Positions 16,456 to 27,115 of a DNA stretch of 31,599 bases are shown here, one piece after another (positions within the stretch are counted from its first letter, which is position 1; each line of letters opens with the position of its first letter). This stretch comes from a virus (taxonomy: Duplodnaviria; Caudoviricetes). The stretch is taken from the IMG/VR virus record IMGVR_UViG_3300030330_000808, positions 1-31,599 of that record; one strand, written 5' to 3'. Under the pieces are notes generated by a model, which was not told where the DNA came from, did not search any database, and saw only the letters and a program-made list of their open reading frames with translations. The translations under genes and the position numbers were made by a program.

Positions 16456-17106
16456 ATGGCAAAGAAGTTTGAAATAGAAATACCAACAAGCTGGAATGAT
16501 ATTACAATAGGACATTATATACAATTAAGACCAATACTAACAACTGAAATGAATGATGTAAGTAAGGTTATAAATATATTATGTGTTTTAACTGGTAAAA
16601 AAAGGGAAGAAATTAAACAGCTAAGTGTTGAGCAATATCACAAGTTGGTAAAGAAAATGAGTTTCTTAAATACTGAACTACCAAAAGAACTTAAAAAAAG
16701 AAGGTTCTTAGTTGGTGGCAAGTGGTATGAATTTAAGTATGAAGCTAATAAACTATTGTTTGGTGAGTATGTTAATTTAATGGAAATACTACAAAAAGCC
16801 AATAACAATGAAGAAATAATATATCAAAACCTACATACTATACTTACAATAATATGTAGACCAGTATATAAAACAATGTTTGGATTTAAGAATGCTGAAG
16901 TAGATGGTGAAGTGATCAGGCAAACAGCAGAGAACTTCTATAATAATATGCCTATTACTATTGCTTATCCAATAGGTGTTTTTTTTTACAATCACTTAGC
17001 ACACTTAACAGAGGTTATAAAAACTTCTTTGATGGAGACAGCCAACAAGAAGATAAGCCAAGCTCAGGAAATAGCTTTGCAGACAACTGGGGCTGGTGGT
17101 CAATAA
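16456..17106 (+). CDS. tail assembly chaperone (G-like)
   Basis: IPTSWNDIT N-terminus; T9 slippery run at 16979-16987. Confidence 0.7.
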   Translation: MAKKFEIEIPTSWNDITIGHYIQLRPILTTEMNDVSKVINILCVLTGKKREEIKQLSVEQYHKLVKKMSFLNTELPKELKKRRFLVGGKWYEFKYEANKLLFGEYVNLMEILQKANNNEEIIYQNLHTILTIICRPVYKTMFGFKNAEVDGEVIRQTAENFYNNMPITIAYPIGVFFYNHLAHLTEVIKTSLMETANKKISQAQEIALQTTGAGGQ

Positions 17107-17261
17107 TTGATAGTTTATGCAATAGTAGAGTAGATAAGTTTGAAGTAGTACAAAATTGGAATGTAGTTTATGGTTTAAATATGTGTTGTTATTTTAAAGA
17201 CAAACAAAGAATGGAGCAACAAGCACATAGAGAGCAAATGCAAAGATTAAAAAGAAGATGA
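16986..17261 (+). CDS. -1 frameshift extension of tail chaperone (GT-like, ~91 aa)
   Basis: Open -1 frame LQSLSTLNRGYKNFF...FADNWGWWSIID...RLKRR*; stop overlaps next ATG; no early ATG of its own. Confidence 0.75.
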   Translation, partial: LQSLSTLNRGYKNFFDGDSQQEDKPSSGNSFADNWGWWSIIDSLCNSRVDKFEVVQNWNVVYGLNMCCYFKDKQRMEQQAHREQMQRLKRR

Positions 17262-17791
17262 GCAACGATTTATATAATAGCTTAGTAAAGTTTGAAACTG
17301 CAAGTGGTATTGTAGCTGAACCAAAAAATATTGGTGATGTTATGAACAACTTGGCTATTAGAGTTACTCAGGAAGTCTTAAAGCAAATAGATGCTGAGCA
17401 GTTAATGGACACTGGTAATTTAAGGCAATCAGTACAAATGCCAGTAAAATTCTTTGGAACTAAGTTTGTTGCTACATTGTTTATGGCTGACTATTATGAT
17501 TTTATTAATAAAGGTGTGCAAGGTACAGAAACAGTAAGAAGTGATACACCTTACAGCTTTAGAGTAAAGAAGCCACCATTATTTAAAGAATGGGCTTATA
17601 GAAAAGGTCTTAATCCATTTGCAGTACAACAAAGTGTTTTTAAAAAAGGTATAAGAAAAAGACCATTTTGGGACAAAGCTTATAACACAATTACACAAGG
17701 TGACATATTTGAACTACTTAAAAGAGACTTGGCAACAGCTGGTAGAACAGCAACAACTGAAGAGATTAAAAATATATTTAAAAGAAAATAG
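17258..17791 (+). CDS. tail completion protein, HK97 gp10-like
   Basis: DTGNLRQSV, Y.DFINKG, KGIRKRPF motifs. Confidence 0.7.
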   Translation: MSNDLYNSLVKFETASGIVAEPKNIGDVMNNLAIRVTQEVLKQIDAEQLMDTGNLRQSVQMPVKFFGTKFVATLFMADYYDFINKGVQGTETVRSDTPYSFRVKKPPLFKEWAYRKGLNPFAVQQSVFKKGIRKRPFWDKAYNTITQGDIFELLKRDLATAGRTATTEEIKNIFKRK

Positions 17792-19060
17792 ATGGCTATT
17801 AATACACCAATTAATTTTGAACCTGAACAATATAGAACTGTTTACAATCCTATTGAATATGTAGCTTCAAGCACTGCAATAGCTAATAATAGGTTTAAAT
17901 ACTTATTTGATGTTTATGATGGTGCTACAAGAATTGCAAGATTAAAAGTACCAGCTGATCCAAATGGATTTGGTAGAGCTGATATTCACGGCATCTGTGA
18001 AAGCTATTTAAAAACAGACTTAGGTACAATAAACACCACAACAACTGGAATAGGCTTTACAGACAATGCAAACAGTTACAAAGAATTTACTGTTAAGATA
18101 GGTGAAGAATATGATGTTACTGGAGTGCTTACACAATTTCCAGATCAAGTAGTAAAAGACATTATTACATTTAATGGTAGCTTACCTAATTATAGAGGCA
18201 ATACTGTAAACTTCTATGATTGGCAAGGCACAAATTATTTTGAGAATTACACAGTTAATGGAACAAGCAGAAGATGGTTAACTAATTCACCATTAGGCTC
18301 AAATGCAAACAACTCAGATAATCAAATAGTGCAGCTAAGTGATGAAGGTTGGCTTTACTTTTTATATGACCATTCAAGCAATCCAGTAACTGGTGTTGAA
18401 TATGATTTGTATGATGCAAGTGGTACATTGTTAAACACTTATAGAATAAGTAATTCATTAACAACAAATATGTTAAAAGTGCCATCTGCACCAAATACAA
18501 TAAACAATATTAATCCAACTGAATTTGCTGTTGCACCAGTACAGCCTATAATAACAAATGAAACAAGTTATTCAATAGTCTTAAAGAATGGTGGTGCTGT
18601 TGTTAGTGAAAAGTTTTGGTTTAATATAGATACTGAATGTAGGTATGAAACAAGAAGGATTGAGTTTCTTAATTCTTTAGGTGGTTTTGATAACTTCAAC
18701 TTTACTAAGGTTAGCAGAAGAAGTGAAGAAATTGAAAGGAAATTTTATAAACAAAATGCAGACAACTTAGATAGTGGTGGCACAATAACTTACAGTTTAG
18801 CTGACAGACAAAAAGTGCAATATTATACAAAATCCAAACCAAAGATGAAGCTTACTTCTAATTGGGTAGATGTACCAACTTTCAATTGGTTGCTTGAAAT
18901 GTTAGAAAGTCCTGAAATTTATTTGTATGAAAATGGTGAAAGAATTACAGTACAAAATGTTGAAGGCAATTGGGAAGAAAAAAGAACTGATACTGACAAG
19001 ATATTTAATTTAGAAGTCAATCTTGAATTTGGAGTTGATAATTATAGACAAAGATTTTAA
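17792..19060 (+). CDS. tail/baseplate structural protein (distal-tail-like)
   Basis: Beta-rich; FLNSLGGFDNFNF and LLESPEIY patterns typical of Bacteroidota phage tail proteins. Confidence 0.6.
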   Translation: MAINTPINFEPEQYRTVYNPIEYVASSTAIANNRFKYLFDVYDGATRIARLKVPADPNGFGRADIHGICESYLKTDLGTINTTTTGIGFTDNANSYKEFTVKIGEEYDVTGVLTQFPDQVVKDIITFNGSLPNYRGNTVNFYDWQGTNYFENYTVNGTSRRWLTNSPLGSNANNSDNQIVQLSDEGWLYFLYDHSSNPVTGVEYDLYDASGTLLNTYRISNSLTTNMLKVPSAPNTINNINPTEFAVAPVQPIITNETSYSIVLKNGGAVVSEKFWFNIDTECRYETRRIEFLNSLGGFDNFNFTKVSRRSEEIERKFYKQNADNLDSGGTITYSLADRQKVQYYTKSKPKMKLTSNWVDVPTFNWLLEMLESPEIYLYENGERITVQNVEGNWEEKRTDTDKIFNLEVNLEFGVDNYRQRF

Positions 19061-22000
19061 TGCAAAAAGAGGAATTATATATAAGTTATATAACTAAAGA
19101 TGTTTCAATAAGTGGCACAACCACAAGTGACAATGACTTTAAGTTAATAGACTCAGGTGCTTTGTTTTTAACTGGAGCAACACCAATAAGCAAAGGTGAC
19201 CTTGCAACTAATACAGCAACACAACAAACAGCAAGAGTAATAAAAGCCAATAGTGATACAGAAATTACACTTGATAAAGATATATTTCCAACTGGCAGTT
19301 CACCAACAGCTTATAAAATAAATAAGCAAATAAATGAAAGGGTTGAATTGCTTGAAAGCTTAAAGCCTAACTTGACATTTAATATAGCAGACATTGCCAA
19401 GCCTGATCAAAGAAAGTCTGATTATAGCAAGACTGTAAGACTTCCAGCAAGTAAAAGACTAAGAAAGGTATTTGAAAACATATTTGAAATTAATGTTGAT
19501 TTAAACACTTTCAATCCTAACTTAAAAACAGATGTGCTGTATTTAGTTGATGGTGAAATCAATCTTGAAGGTTATTTGCAGCTTAAGAAAATTAACATAC
19601 TTGACAATGATGATATAGTATTTGAATGCACATTATTTGGTAATACTGCTAATTTTATTCAAGCTTTAGGTGATAAAGAACTTGATGATGCTACAATGCT
19701 TTGGTCAAACTTAGATCACAATTGGACAAAAGCAAACCAACAAGCTTCTTGGTCTGCAACACCTGGCACTGGTTATGTATATCCTTTAATAGATTATGGC
19801 TTTAGTAGTAACTTTACAGCAATACAGTTTTCAGTCAATCAAATATTTCCTGCAGTATTTGTAAAAGAATATGTTGATAGAATGTTTGAAGCTGCTGGTT
19901 TTACTTATCAAAGTACATTCTTTCAAAGCTCACCTTTTGAAGATTTAATAATACCATTTAACAGCAAAGAATTTAATTTAAGTGACACAACAATAAACAG
20001 TAGGTTATTTGATGCCAATACTGTTGAATATGTTAGTCCACCATCAACAACAACTAAATTAGTTCCTGAAGCAACAACACCAGTGTTTTCACCAAGTGAT
20101 TATAATGATGTTACTATGAGTGTTGAGAATGATCCAAACTTGGTATTTGATCCATCTACTGGTGAATATACTTGCAATGCTGATGGCACTTATGATTTTT
20201 ATTTTGAAGTTGATTTAACTGGCACTTTTGAACCTTTACAATATGGTGGTGGTGCAGCTCCAGTTAGTGTTGATTGTGTTAGTGCAATAGTTGGTAATAT
20301 TGCAATTGTGCATACTGACAATGTTGGAAATCCAATAGGTGGTGCTTTAGGTACTACTGGAATTGTAGGAATAGAAAAATTTAACATTACTTATACTAAT
20401 ACTATACCAGCAGCAACAACTGTAACAACATCAGGAACAACATTACCTGACAATGATTATGTTAATACAACAGATAATTTTTTCATATGGTCAAGTGGAT
20501 TAACAACACCATCAGCAGTTTGTAGTTATTCAACAAGTGATCCAAGAACAACATCAACACAACCAAATAGATATATAGTAACTGTATCTAATTTATTTGT
20601 ACAAACTAATGAAAAAGTTAAAATAGAAATAGCTGCCAAAACATTTGCTGATAGTAGTGTTTTATATGCATTTAATAACAATCCAATAGTTACACAACCT
20701 GATCCAATAGTTAAGTTTATAGATGCTTCACTTCCACCTGGAAGTCCAGCAAGTGCCTTTACTGGAAATATAAGTTTGAATATTGCTGGTGGTGTTTTTA
20801 GAAATAGAGTAGTTAACAACTCTTATGCTGAAGGCAATTTAATTGATATGAATGCAGCAATACCAAAAGACATTAAGCAAAAAGACTTCTTTATGAGTAT
20901 TGTGAAGATGTTTAACCTATACATTGAACCTGATAAGAACAATGAAAAAAATTTGTTTATAGAGCCAAGAGATGATTTCTATGATAATGTTACACAAGAT
21001 TGGTCACAAAAATTAGATGTAAGTCAACAGCTTGAATACTTGCCAATGGGTGCTTTAGACAGCAAAGAATATCTATTCACTTACAAGCAAGACAAAGACT
21101 ATTATAATGAATTGTATGAAAGCACTTGGAATGAAATTTATGGTGAAAGAGAAGAAGAAATTGACAATGATTTTATTAATAAAAAGTATAAAACAAATAT
21201 TATATTTTCACCTACTCCAAGTGTAGGTCAATTGTATTATGATAGAGTAATACCAGCTATTAAAAAGTATGATCAAAACAATGGCTATGTTAGAACTGAA
21301 AGCAACATAAGAATATTACAATGGGGTGGTTTAAAAGACAATTTAGTTACCTGGTCACATAGAAGTATTCTTGCTGGAAACACTGATGAAATACAATACC
21401 CTTATAGTGGACATTTAGATGATGCTTTTAATCCTACTATTGACATCAATTATGGATTGACTAAAGAAGTATATTTTGATGATACTTACTATGATATAAC
21501 TTGGACAAATAACAACTTATACAATAAATACTATAAAAAGTTTATTGAAGAAATCACTGATGTTAATAGTAAGATAGTCAAAGGCTGGTTTTATTTAAGA
21601 CCAAGTGACATTAGAAACTTATCATTTAGAAACCAATACTATTTTGATGGTGCTTACTTTAGACTTAATAAAATAGAAAACTACAATCCAAGCAGTCCAA
21701 TAACAAAATGTGAATTTTTAAAGCTTAAAGATGTTGATGCTTTTGTGCCTGATACTGCAACAGCTACTGGTGGCACTGCTAAGATAGGAACTGAAGGATT
21801 GCCATATTACAAAAGAGGTGAAGGTAATTTAATAGATAGCAACTTTGTAAGTGAAAGAAATGTAAGTGTTAAAGGTCAAAACAATTATGTTGATCCAAGT
21901 GCAAGAAATGTAGATATTATTGGTGATAACAATTTTGTGTTTGCTGATAGTAGCAATGTATTTGTAAGGGGCAATGGTAATTCTATTGAAGGTGCAAGTG

Positions 22001-22350
22001 ATGTATCTTTAATCAATACCAATAACCAACAAGTTGTAAATAGTGAAACAACTTACATAAACAATGAAGTAAGAGGTGCTGGTAGTGTTGTAAATATAAC
22101 ATCAAGTGTTAATGCTGATGAAAGTGTTGCAACCTATTTAGTAGATACAAGCAGCAAAAATATAACAGTTAATTTACCTACTGATGTAACTATTGGCAAG
22201 ATATGGAATGTAAAGTTAATTAACGCTACAAATAGCTGTACTCTAAGATGTGTTGGTAGAACTATTGATGGAAATTCGACTGAAGTAATAACAACATTAA
22301 ATACTTCCATATCAGTACAGTATGATGGGAATGATTATAGAATTATTTAG
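19060..22350 (+). CDS. tail tip/hub protein with fibre-like C-terminus (1096 aa)
   Basis: DYSKT..LP, YVYPLIDYG, KDFF..IVKMFNL, DWSQKLD; low-complexity T/S/P insert; G/N-rich beta repeats. Confidence 0.7.
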   Translation: MQKEELYISYITKDVSISGTTTSDNDFKLIDSGALFLTGATPISKGDLATNTATQQTARVIKANSDTEITLDKDIFPTGSSPTAYKINKQINERVELLESLKPNLTFNIADIAKPDQRKSDYSKTVRLPASKRLRKVFENIFEINVDLNTFNPNLKTDVLYLVDGEINLEGYLQLKKINILDNDDIVFECTLFGNTANFIQALGDKELDDATMLWSNLDHNWTKANQQASWSATPGTGYVYPLIDYGFSSNFTAIQFSVNQIFPAVFVKEYVDRMFEAAGFTYQSTFFQSSPFEDLIIPFNSKEFNLSDTTINSRLFDANTVEYVSPPSTTTKLVPEATTPVFSPSDYNDVTMSVENDPNLVFDPSTGEYTCNADGTYDFYFEVDLTGTFEPLQYGGGAAPVSVDCVSAIVGNIAIVHTDNVGNPIGGALGTTGIVGIEKFNITYTNTIPAATTVTTSGTTLPDNDYVNTTDNFFIWSSGLTTPSAVCSYSTSDPRTTSTQPNRYIVTVSNLFVQTNEKVKIEIAAKTFADSSVLYAFNNNPIVTQPDPIVKFIDASLPPGSPASAFTGNISLNIAGGVFRNRVVNNSYAEGNLIDMNAAIPKDIKQKDFFMSIVKMFNLYIEPDKNNEKNLFIEPRDDFYDNVTQDWSQKLDVSQQLEYLPMGALDSKEYLFTYKQDKDYYNELYESTWNEIYGEREEEIDNDFINKKYKTNIIFSPTPSVGQLYYDRVIPAIKKYDQNNGYVRTESNIRILQWGGLKDNLVTWSHRSILAGNTDEIQYPYSGHLDDAFNPTIDINYGLTKEVYFDDTYYDITWTNNNLYNKYYKKFIEEITDVNSKIVKGWFYLRPSDIRNLSFRNQYYFDGAYFRLNKIENYNPSSPITKCEFLKLKDVDAFVPDTATATGGTAKIGTEGLPYYKRGEGNLIDSNFVSERNVSVKGQNNYVDPSARNVDIIGDNNFVFADSSNVFVRGNGNSIEGASDVSLINTNNQQVVNSETTYINNEVRGAGSVVNITSSVNADESVATYLVDTSSKNITVNLPTDVTIGKIWNVKLINATNSCTLRCVGRTIDGNSTEVITTLNTSISVQYDGNDYRII

Positions 22351-22366
22351 ATAAAATACATTAATA

Positions 22367-24418
22367 ATGGCAGAAAAGGTAGTAATAGATTTAGAATTTG
22401 ATGTTAAAGGTGCAGAAGTTACACTTGGTCAATTAGAAAAAAGATCACAAGAACTTAATGAAGAACTTAGAAAAGTACCGCAAGGCTCTAAAGCATTTAA
22501 GGAACTAAAACAAGCTTTAGTAGAAACCAACAAAGAAATTAAGAACACTGAACTTGCAATGGAGTCTTTAGACAATGAACAAGTGGCAAGTGAGCTTGGT
22601 TCGGTGGCTGGAGCTGTTGGTGATTTGACTGCTGCATTTGTTTTACTTGGTGGTGATGAGGACAGTGCAATTGGTGAAACTGCTAAAAGAATTGAAACTG
22701 CACTTGGTGTAACAATGGCATTTAAAGGAACTATTGAAGGTGTTATATCTTTTCAAAAGTTATGGAACAACACAATAAAACAAACTGCTGCTGTTCAGGC
22801 TGTTTACAATGCTGGGCAAAAAGCAATGAACTTTGTAACCAATGCCACAACTAAAGCAACAAAGCTTTTAAGACTTGCAATGTTGTCACTTCCATTTGTT
22901 GCCATTGGTGCAGCGGTAGTGGCTTTAGTATCTAACTTTAAAGACATAATGAAGTCAATGGGCTTTTTTAATGAAGAAGCTCAAGCACTCAAAGATACAA
23001 TGGATGCTTTTAAAAGTGGTACTGCTGATGCTACAAAAAAAGTATCTGAAATGGAAGCCACCTTTGATATGGCAAGAAAAGGTGTAATAAGCAAAGAACA
23101 GGCTTTATTTGAATACAATAAAACATTTGGTAAAACACTTGGAACTGCAACTGATTTAAATGAAGCTGAAGCTTTGTTTGTTTCTAAGTCTGATGCATAT
23201 ATAAAAGCTGCTGGTTTAAGAGCACAAGCAGATGCTTTGTTTGCAATAGCTGCTGAAAAATCTGCAGATGCTATGGTGGTTCATATGGAAAATAATTTAA
23301 CAACAGTAGATAATGTTGCTGCTGGTATTACAAGTGCTATATTTGGTGCCAATGCTGCTATTGATCAACAAACTAAAGCACAAGAAAAAAACACCAAACA
23401 ACAAGAAAAAATGTTGCTTGAGCAAGTTGATTTGTTTAAAGCTATGGCGGCTCAAATGAAAAAAGAAGCAATGGATATTGAAAATGAAGTTGGTATTGCT
23501 TCTGAACTATCTAATGCTTTTGAAGATGAACTTGAAGCTAAAAGGCAAGAAAGAGCAAAAGCAAGAGCAGAAAGAAGAAAGAAAGAAGCTGAAGCTGAAA
23601 AGAAAAGACTTGAAGAACATAGGCGATATTTACAAAACTTACAAAAGCTTGAAGATGATTTTAGAACAGAACTTGAAAAAGAAACTGCTAAATTTAATGA
23701 ACAATTTTTAACTGAACAGCAAATTGAAGAAAGAGCTGTTGAAGATAAATATTTTAGATTAATTGAACTTGCAAAGCAATATAATGAAGATATTACAATG
23801 CTTGAAGATAATAGAGAATTTGCACTTGCTGAAATTAGAAAAAAATATAATGATCAAGAAATTGCTGATAATAAAGAGTTAACAGATAAACAACTTGAAT
23901 ATGACCAAGCAGTATTAGAAAGTAATCAAGCTTTACAAGATGCCAAATTTAATGCTGCTAAAGGTCTTGTTGCAGGATTAACACAATTAGCTGGTGAAAA
24001 TGAAAAACTTGCCAATGCTTTGTTTATAGTAGATAAAGCACTTGCTATTGGTGAAATCATTGTAAATACACAAAGAGAAATAGCTGGTATTTTTGCAAGT
24101 TACTCATTAATACCAGGCGGTCAAGCCATTGCTGCTCCATTGGTTGCTGCTGCTAAGATTAGAGCTGCTACTGGAATTGCAACAATTGTAGCTTCATCTA
24201 TTGCTAAATTCAAAGGTGGTGGTGGTGCATCAATTGGTGGTGGTGTAACTGGTGGCTCAATTGCTGGAGCTGGAGCAACTGCACCAACAATAGCACCAGT
24301 GACTAATACAAGTACATTAGTGCCACAAGAACCTCAACAAGTATTTGTAACTGAGACAGACATAACTAATACACAAAATCAAGTTGCTGTAATAGAAACA
24401 CAAGCAACTATTAAATAA
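22367..24418 (+). CDS. tape measure protein (683 aa)
   Basis: Ala-rich helical/coiled-coil, hydrophobic segments, Gly-rich end. Confidence 0.8.
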   Translation: MAEKVVIDLEFDVKGAEVTLGQLEKRSQELNEELRKVPQGSKAFKELKQALVETNKEIKNTELAMESLDNEQVASELGSVAGAVGDLTAAFVLLGGDEDSAIGETAKRIETALGVTMAFKGTIEGVISFQKLWNNTIKQTAAVQAVYNAGQKAMNFVTNATTKATKLLRLAMLSLPFVAIGAAVVALVSNFKDIMKSMGFFNEEAQALKDTMDAFKSGTADATKKVSEMEATFDMARKGVISKEQALFEYNKTFGKTLGTATDLNEAEALFVSKSDAYIKAAGLRAQADALFAIAAEKSADAMVVHMENNLTTVDNVAAGITSAIFGANAAIDQQTKAQEKNTKQQEKMLLEQVDLFKAMAAQMKKEAMDIENEVGIASELSNAFEDELEAKRQERAKARAERRKKEAEAEKKRLEEHRRYLQNLQKLEDDFRTELEKETAKFNEQFLTEQQIEERAVEDKYFRLIELAKQYNEDITMLEDNREFALAEIRKKYNDQEIADNKELTDKQLEYDQAVLESNQALQDAKFNAAKGLVAGLTQLAGENEKLANALFIVDKALAIGEIIVNTQREIAGIFASYSLIPGGQAIAAPLVAAAKIRAATGIATIVASSIAKFKGGGGASIGGGVTGGSIAGAGATAPTIAPVTNTSTLVPQEPQQVFVTETDITNTQNQVAVIETQATIK

Positions 24419-24424
24419 TATATT

Positions 24425-25348
24425 ATGAAAATATTTGAATTAATAATTGATGAAGAAGATGAAAGTGGGGTGGATTACATCGCACTTGTTGATGCACCAG
24501 CCATAAACAGCAATTGGCATACTTTTAGAAAACAGCAGTTTGAAGATACATTTAATGATTATCCTGAAAGCGCAAGTAATAACGCAGCCAAAGCTCTAAG
24601 GTGGATTGATGAATATGGTGATGAAATTAATTGTAATTACACAAGAACAGGACTTGCAAGAGCAAGACAACTCAAGAATAAAGAGAATATAAGCTGGGAC
24701 ACAATTGGTAGAATGGCATCTTTTAATAGACACAAAGACAATGCTAAAGTAAACAAAGAGTATGAGAATACACCTTACAAAGATTGTGGTTATTTAGCTT
24801 GGTTGCTTTGGGGTGGTACAAGTGGCATCAACTGGGCAATTAAGAAAATGAAAACCAAAGATAATTACAGACAACAATTTCAAATACAAAATGAAGAAAA
24901 AAGAATTGTAAGTGGTTATTTTATGATAGCTGATTTGCCTATTGCAAGACTTGATGATGAAGGTAAGATATTTTATGTAGTATTTAGAAAAGATACTATT
25001 GAAAAGATAGTCAACAAGTTTATGAAAAATGGCTTTAGCTCTAAGGTTAATTTAATGCACAACTCTAATGCTTTAGCTGAAGGTGTTTATGTTATTGAAA
25101 GTATTATTGTAGATAGCAAAAGAGGTATGAAAGCACCTGACTGGGCAGAGAAAGTGCCTGATGGCAGTTGGTTTGGTTCTATGAAAGTTGACAATGAAGA
25201 AGTTTGGCAACAAGTTAAAAGTGGTGAATTTAGAGGCTTTAGTGTAGAAGGATTGTTTGCTCAAGATAGAGAATTTGAATTGCCTGAAAAAGTAATAAAC
25301 AAAATAAAAGAAGTAATAAAAAAATATAAAACTTCAAAAAAACTGTAA
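24425..25348 (+). CDS. head maturation protease, XkdF-like, with an inserted domain
   Basis: IALVDAPAI, MIADLPI.R, NLMH, GSWFGSMKV, FRGFSVEG. Confidence 0.75.
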   Translation: MKIFELIIDEEDESGVDYIALVDAPAINSNWHTFRKQQFEDTFNDYPESASNNAAKALRWIDEYGDEINCNYTRTGLARARQLKNKENISWDTIGRMASFNRHKDNAKVNKEYENTPYKDCGYLAWLLWGGTSGINWAIKKMKTKDNYRQQFQIQNEEKRIVSGYFMIADLPIARLDDEGKIFYVVFRKDTIEKIVNKFMKNGFSSKVNLMHNSNALAEGVYVIESIIVDSKRGMKAPDWAEKVPDGSWFGSMKVDNEEVWQQVKSGEFRGFSVEGLFAQDREFELPEKVINKIKEVIKKYKTSKKL

Positions 25349-25375
25349 TAAATTAAATTTATTTATATATACTAA
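25344..25375 (+). promoter_or_regulatory. candidate late promoter TGTAAT-N12-TTTATATATACTAA
   Basis: Second copy of the 16423 motif; upstream of scaffold/capsid. Confidence 0.45.
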
Positions 25376-25392
25376 TTATAAACCATTTTAAA

Positions 25393-26100
25393 ATGAATGA
25401 TCTAAAAACATTATTTCAAGATATTAAGAATATCTTTAAAGAAGAAGGTGTTGATACTACTGACACCAAAGAAGTCCTTGAAGCCACAATCAAGGCAGAA
25501 GAAACTAAAGAAGTTGTTGAAGATACAACTGAAACCACCAAAGAAGAAATGGCAGAAACTGTTAAAGAAAAATTTGAAGACATTGTTCTTGCAGATGGTT
25601 CTGTTGCAGTTGCAGAGCCTGATGTTAGTTTAGGTGCTGCTGTTGTTGTTTCTGTTGATGATGAGATGGTTCCTGCTCCTGATGGTAACCACGAGTTAGC
25701 AGATGGTAGAGTTATCACAACTGAAGGTGGTGTAATTACTGCAATTGAAGAAGCAGAAGCTGAAGCTGAAGAAGATCTTAAAAAAGACGAGGAGGAAGAG
25801 TACGAGGTTGAAAAGCCTTTAAATGAAGCTCAAGAAAGAGAAGCTAAAAAAATCATTGAAAGCATTGTGACTGAAAGGGTATTCTCAATGGAAGCTACTT
25901 TAAGTGTAGAGAATGAAGAACTTAAAAGCAAGATCACAAGACTTGAAACTGCTTTTAAAAGTTTATTAGACTTAACTGAAAAGTTAGTTGAAAAGCCAAC
26001 CACAGAAACTGCAAAGAAAAAAAGAAGTGGTTTTGCTAAATTAAAAAAGGAAAAAAAGGACATTATAGAAGTCCTAAAAAGTAAAAATATTATTAACTAA
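25393..26100 (+). CDS. capsid scaffolding protein
   Basis: Highly acidic, PAPDGNHELADG..ITTEGG, coiled coil; between protease and capsid. Confidence 0.7.
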   Translation: MNDLKTLFQDIKNIFKEEGVDTTDTKEVLEATIKAEETKEVVEDTTETTKEEMAETVKEKFEDIVLADGSVAVAEPDVSLGAAVVVSVDDEMVPAPDGNHELADGRVITTEGGVITAIEEAEAEAEEDLKKDEEEEYEVEKPLNEAQEREAKKIIESIVTERVFSMEATLSVENEELKSKITRLETAFKSLLDLTEKLVEKPTTETAKKKRSGFAKLKKEKKDIIEVLKSKNIIN

Positions 26101-26112
26101 AAATTTAAAATT

Positions 26113-27057
26113 ATGAGTTTTGATGTTTCGGCTTTACCAGCCTATACTGAACAACACGCAATGGATTTGATAGTAAAATCTGTTGCTGGTGGTAGATTAT
26201 CTCAGTATGCAAATTTGCAGCCTGGAGTAAAAACCACAACAACTATTAACATCTTAGATACAGATGTTGTATTCCAAGCAGATGGTTGTAGTAGATCAGC
26301 AGATGGTTCTACAACTTTAACGCAAAGAAACTTAACACCTGGTGCAATTGCTATCCACGAGGATTTATGTATGAGTGACTTAGCAACAAAATATACAGCT
26401 ACAATGCTAAAAGCTGGATTAACTGGTGAGAAAGAAGAAATTCCATTTGAAGAATTATACTTTTCACATAAAGTTGCAAAAGTACAAAAAGCTATTGAGG
26501 TTGCTGATTGGCAAGGAGATACTGCTTCAGGTACTGCTAACTTAAACAAGTATGATGGTCTTGTGAAATTGATTGGAGCTGCTTCACCAGTAAATGGTAA
26601 TCCAACTGGTATTACAACTGGTACTGGAATTGTTTCTACAAATGTAATTGGTATTTTAACTGGAATGGCTGAATTAATGCCTGAAGATATTATGGATGCA
26701 GATGATTTAAAATTGTTTGTAGGAATGGACACATTCTTAACATATCAAAAAGCTATTGCTGATGGTAATTATTTCCACTATGTAGTTGATCAAGATTACA
26801 CTGCTGAACTTCCATTAATTGGATTTCCAAATGTTACAGTATGTGCAACACCTGGTCTATCAGGAATTGCTGCTGGTAACTGCTACTTGTTGAGAGCTTC
26901 AAACATCTACATTGGTGTTGATTTACCTGAAGAAGAAAGTAATGATGTAAGAAGTTGGTATGATGAGAATGATAGAATTTACAAAGTGACTATGGCATTT
27001 AGAAGAGCTGTGAATGTAGCCTTCGGTGATCAGGTTGTGGAGTTTGAATTAGTCTAA
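26113..27057 (+). CDS. major capsid protein
   Basis: 314 aa, follows scaffold, followed by terminator; HEDLC..DL and WQGDT patterns. Confidence 0.8.
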   Translation: MSFDVSALPAYTEQHAMDLIVKSVAGGRLSQYANLQPGVKTTTTINILDTDVVFQADGCSRSADGSTTLTQRNLTPGAIAIHEDLCMSDLATKYTATMLKAGLTGEKEEIPFEELYFSHKVAKVQKAIEVADWQGDTASGTANLNKYDGLVKLIGAASPVNGNPTGITTGTGIVSTNVIGILTGMAELMPEDIMDADDLKLFVGMDTFLTYQKAIADGNYFHYVVDQDYTAELPLIGFPNVTVCATPGLSGIAAGNCYLLRASNIYIGVDLPEEESNDVRSWYDENDRIYKVTMAFRRAVNVAFGDQVVEFELV

Positions 27058-27068
27058 TTATTAACATT

Positions 27069-27099
27069 AAGAGGTGGTGCTTAGTTGTGCCACCTTTTT
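27069..27099 (+). terminator. intrinsic terminator after capsid gene
   Basis: AGGTGGTGC-TTAGTT-GTGCCACCT hairpin plus T run. Confidence 0.75.
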
Positions 27100-27115
27100 A
27101 TAAAATTTATATACG

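Noticed and set aside
2008-25633. Nested + strand ORFs 2008-2214, 23478-23711, 25448-25633
   Set aside because: Out-of-frame K/L-rich artefacts inside larger genes.
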